The notes beneath the pieces are model-generated. The model did not search any database. It had not been told where the DNA came from and saw nothing but the letters and a program-made list of their open reading frames with translations. The translations under genes and the position numbers were made by a program. This document shows, piece by piece, positions 63,327 through 64,000 of a DNA stretch of 64,000 bases; position 1 is the stretch's first letter, and each line of letters starts with the position of its first letter. This DNA is from an uncultured Actinomycetota bacterium (lineage in GTDB: Bacteria; Actinomycetota; Actinomycetes; CAVWCF01), in NCBI GenBank assembly GCA_963753435.1, contig CAVWCF010000002.1, positions 32,001-96,000 on the forward strand, given 5' to 3'.

Positions 63327-64000
63327 TCAGCTGGGCATGGCGTACACGCGCACGTAGTCGACCTGCATGTCTATGTTGCTGGTGTACTCGCGGTGGTTCG
63401 GGTCGGGCAGTCCCATGAACGTCGGTGCCATTCCCACGTGCACGTTGAGCCGCATGTGCAGCGGCGACTGGAAACTCGGTCCCCAGAGTTGAGGAGTGTC
63501 CTGCGGTGTTGCCGAACCAAGCAGCCTTCCGTCGTAGTAGAGGCGGAAGTCGGTCGGCGTGTACTCCACCGCCCAAGTGTGGAAGTCGTTGGACACCGGG
63601 GAGGTGCGACCCTCCTCGGCGGACAGGTTCCACTCCTTCTTGACGTTGTTGGTACCGGTCGTGTCCGTGTGCACCGTTGTCGTGAATGTGCCGGGCCGGA
63701 ACCACTGGTTGACGATTGTGCTGGCAGGGCCTGAGCCCCACGCCTCGAAGATGTCGATCTCGCCCTTATCGGAGTTGCGCAGCCAAAATGCGGGCAGCAC
63801 TCCCAGCGAAGTCCCAGGCGCTGTCGGTACCTTCGCCCGAATCTCCCACCGTCCGTACCGTTGTGCGAACGCAGTGTTTCCGGCCTTCAGCGGGCGAGTG
63901 TCCATGTACCCCACCTTGTGCCAACGGGGCGCGGTTCCGTATGTCTGATCGACTGGCTCATCCAGCCAGTCCGCCCGCAAGTGCGCAACGCCGCCTGAGA
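63327..64000 (-). CDS. Glycoside hydrolase family 16 protein (5' end beyond window)
   Basis: YGRWEIRAK, PAFWL, EIDIFE, FHTW, VDYVRVY; frame open to the window edge. Confidence 0.88.
   Translation of the reverse strand, partial: SGGVAHLRADWLDEPVDQTYGTAPRWHKVGYMDTRPLKAGNTAFAQRYGRWEIRAKVPTAPGTSLGVLPAFWLRNSDKGEIDIFEAWGSGPASTIVNQWFRPGTFTTTVHTDTTGTNNVKKEWNLSAEEGRTSPVSNDFHTWAVEYTPTDFRLYYDGRLLGSATPQDTPQLWGPSFQSPLHMRLNVHVGMAPTFMGLPDPNHREYTSNIDMQVDYVRVYAMPS

Overview
High-GC actinobacterial chromosome segment, mostly core genome. It holds a tyrosine/homogentisate catabolism cluster (Lrp regulator, hppD, hmgA, fahA and an uncharacterised gene coupled to fahA), the clpS-mec-cysO-cysM-murI-rph-rdgB block, an ECF Ni/Co transporter, five tRNAs, orn, a usp/acg pair, the fasR-fabD-fabH-acpP-fabF-accD operon, aceE, nif3/zinc-ribbon/RNase HI and rnpB (RNase P RNA). 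After rnpB come an ~0.8 kb decayed islet, bounded by a copy of the rnpB 3' end, and a surface-polysaccharide cluster that runs off the window. Four genes carry single frameshifts that look like sequencing errors. Main leads: a candidate for the missing maleylacetoacetate isomerase step, rnpB as a likely integration site, FabD fused to a biotinyl-like domain with Arg in place of the Lys, a probable CTG start codon, and putative FasR/MabR, Nur and DosR operators. All family calls come from motif recognition by eye; no database searches were run.
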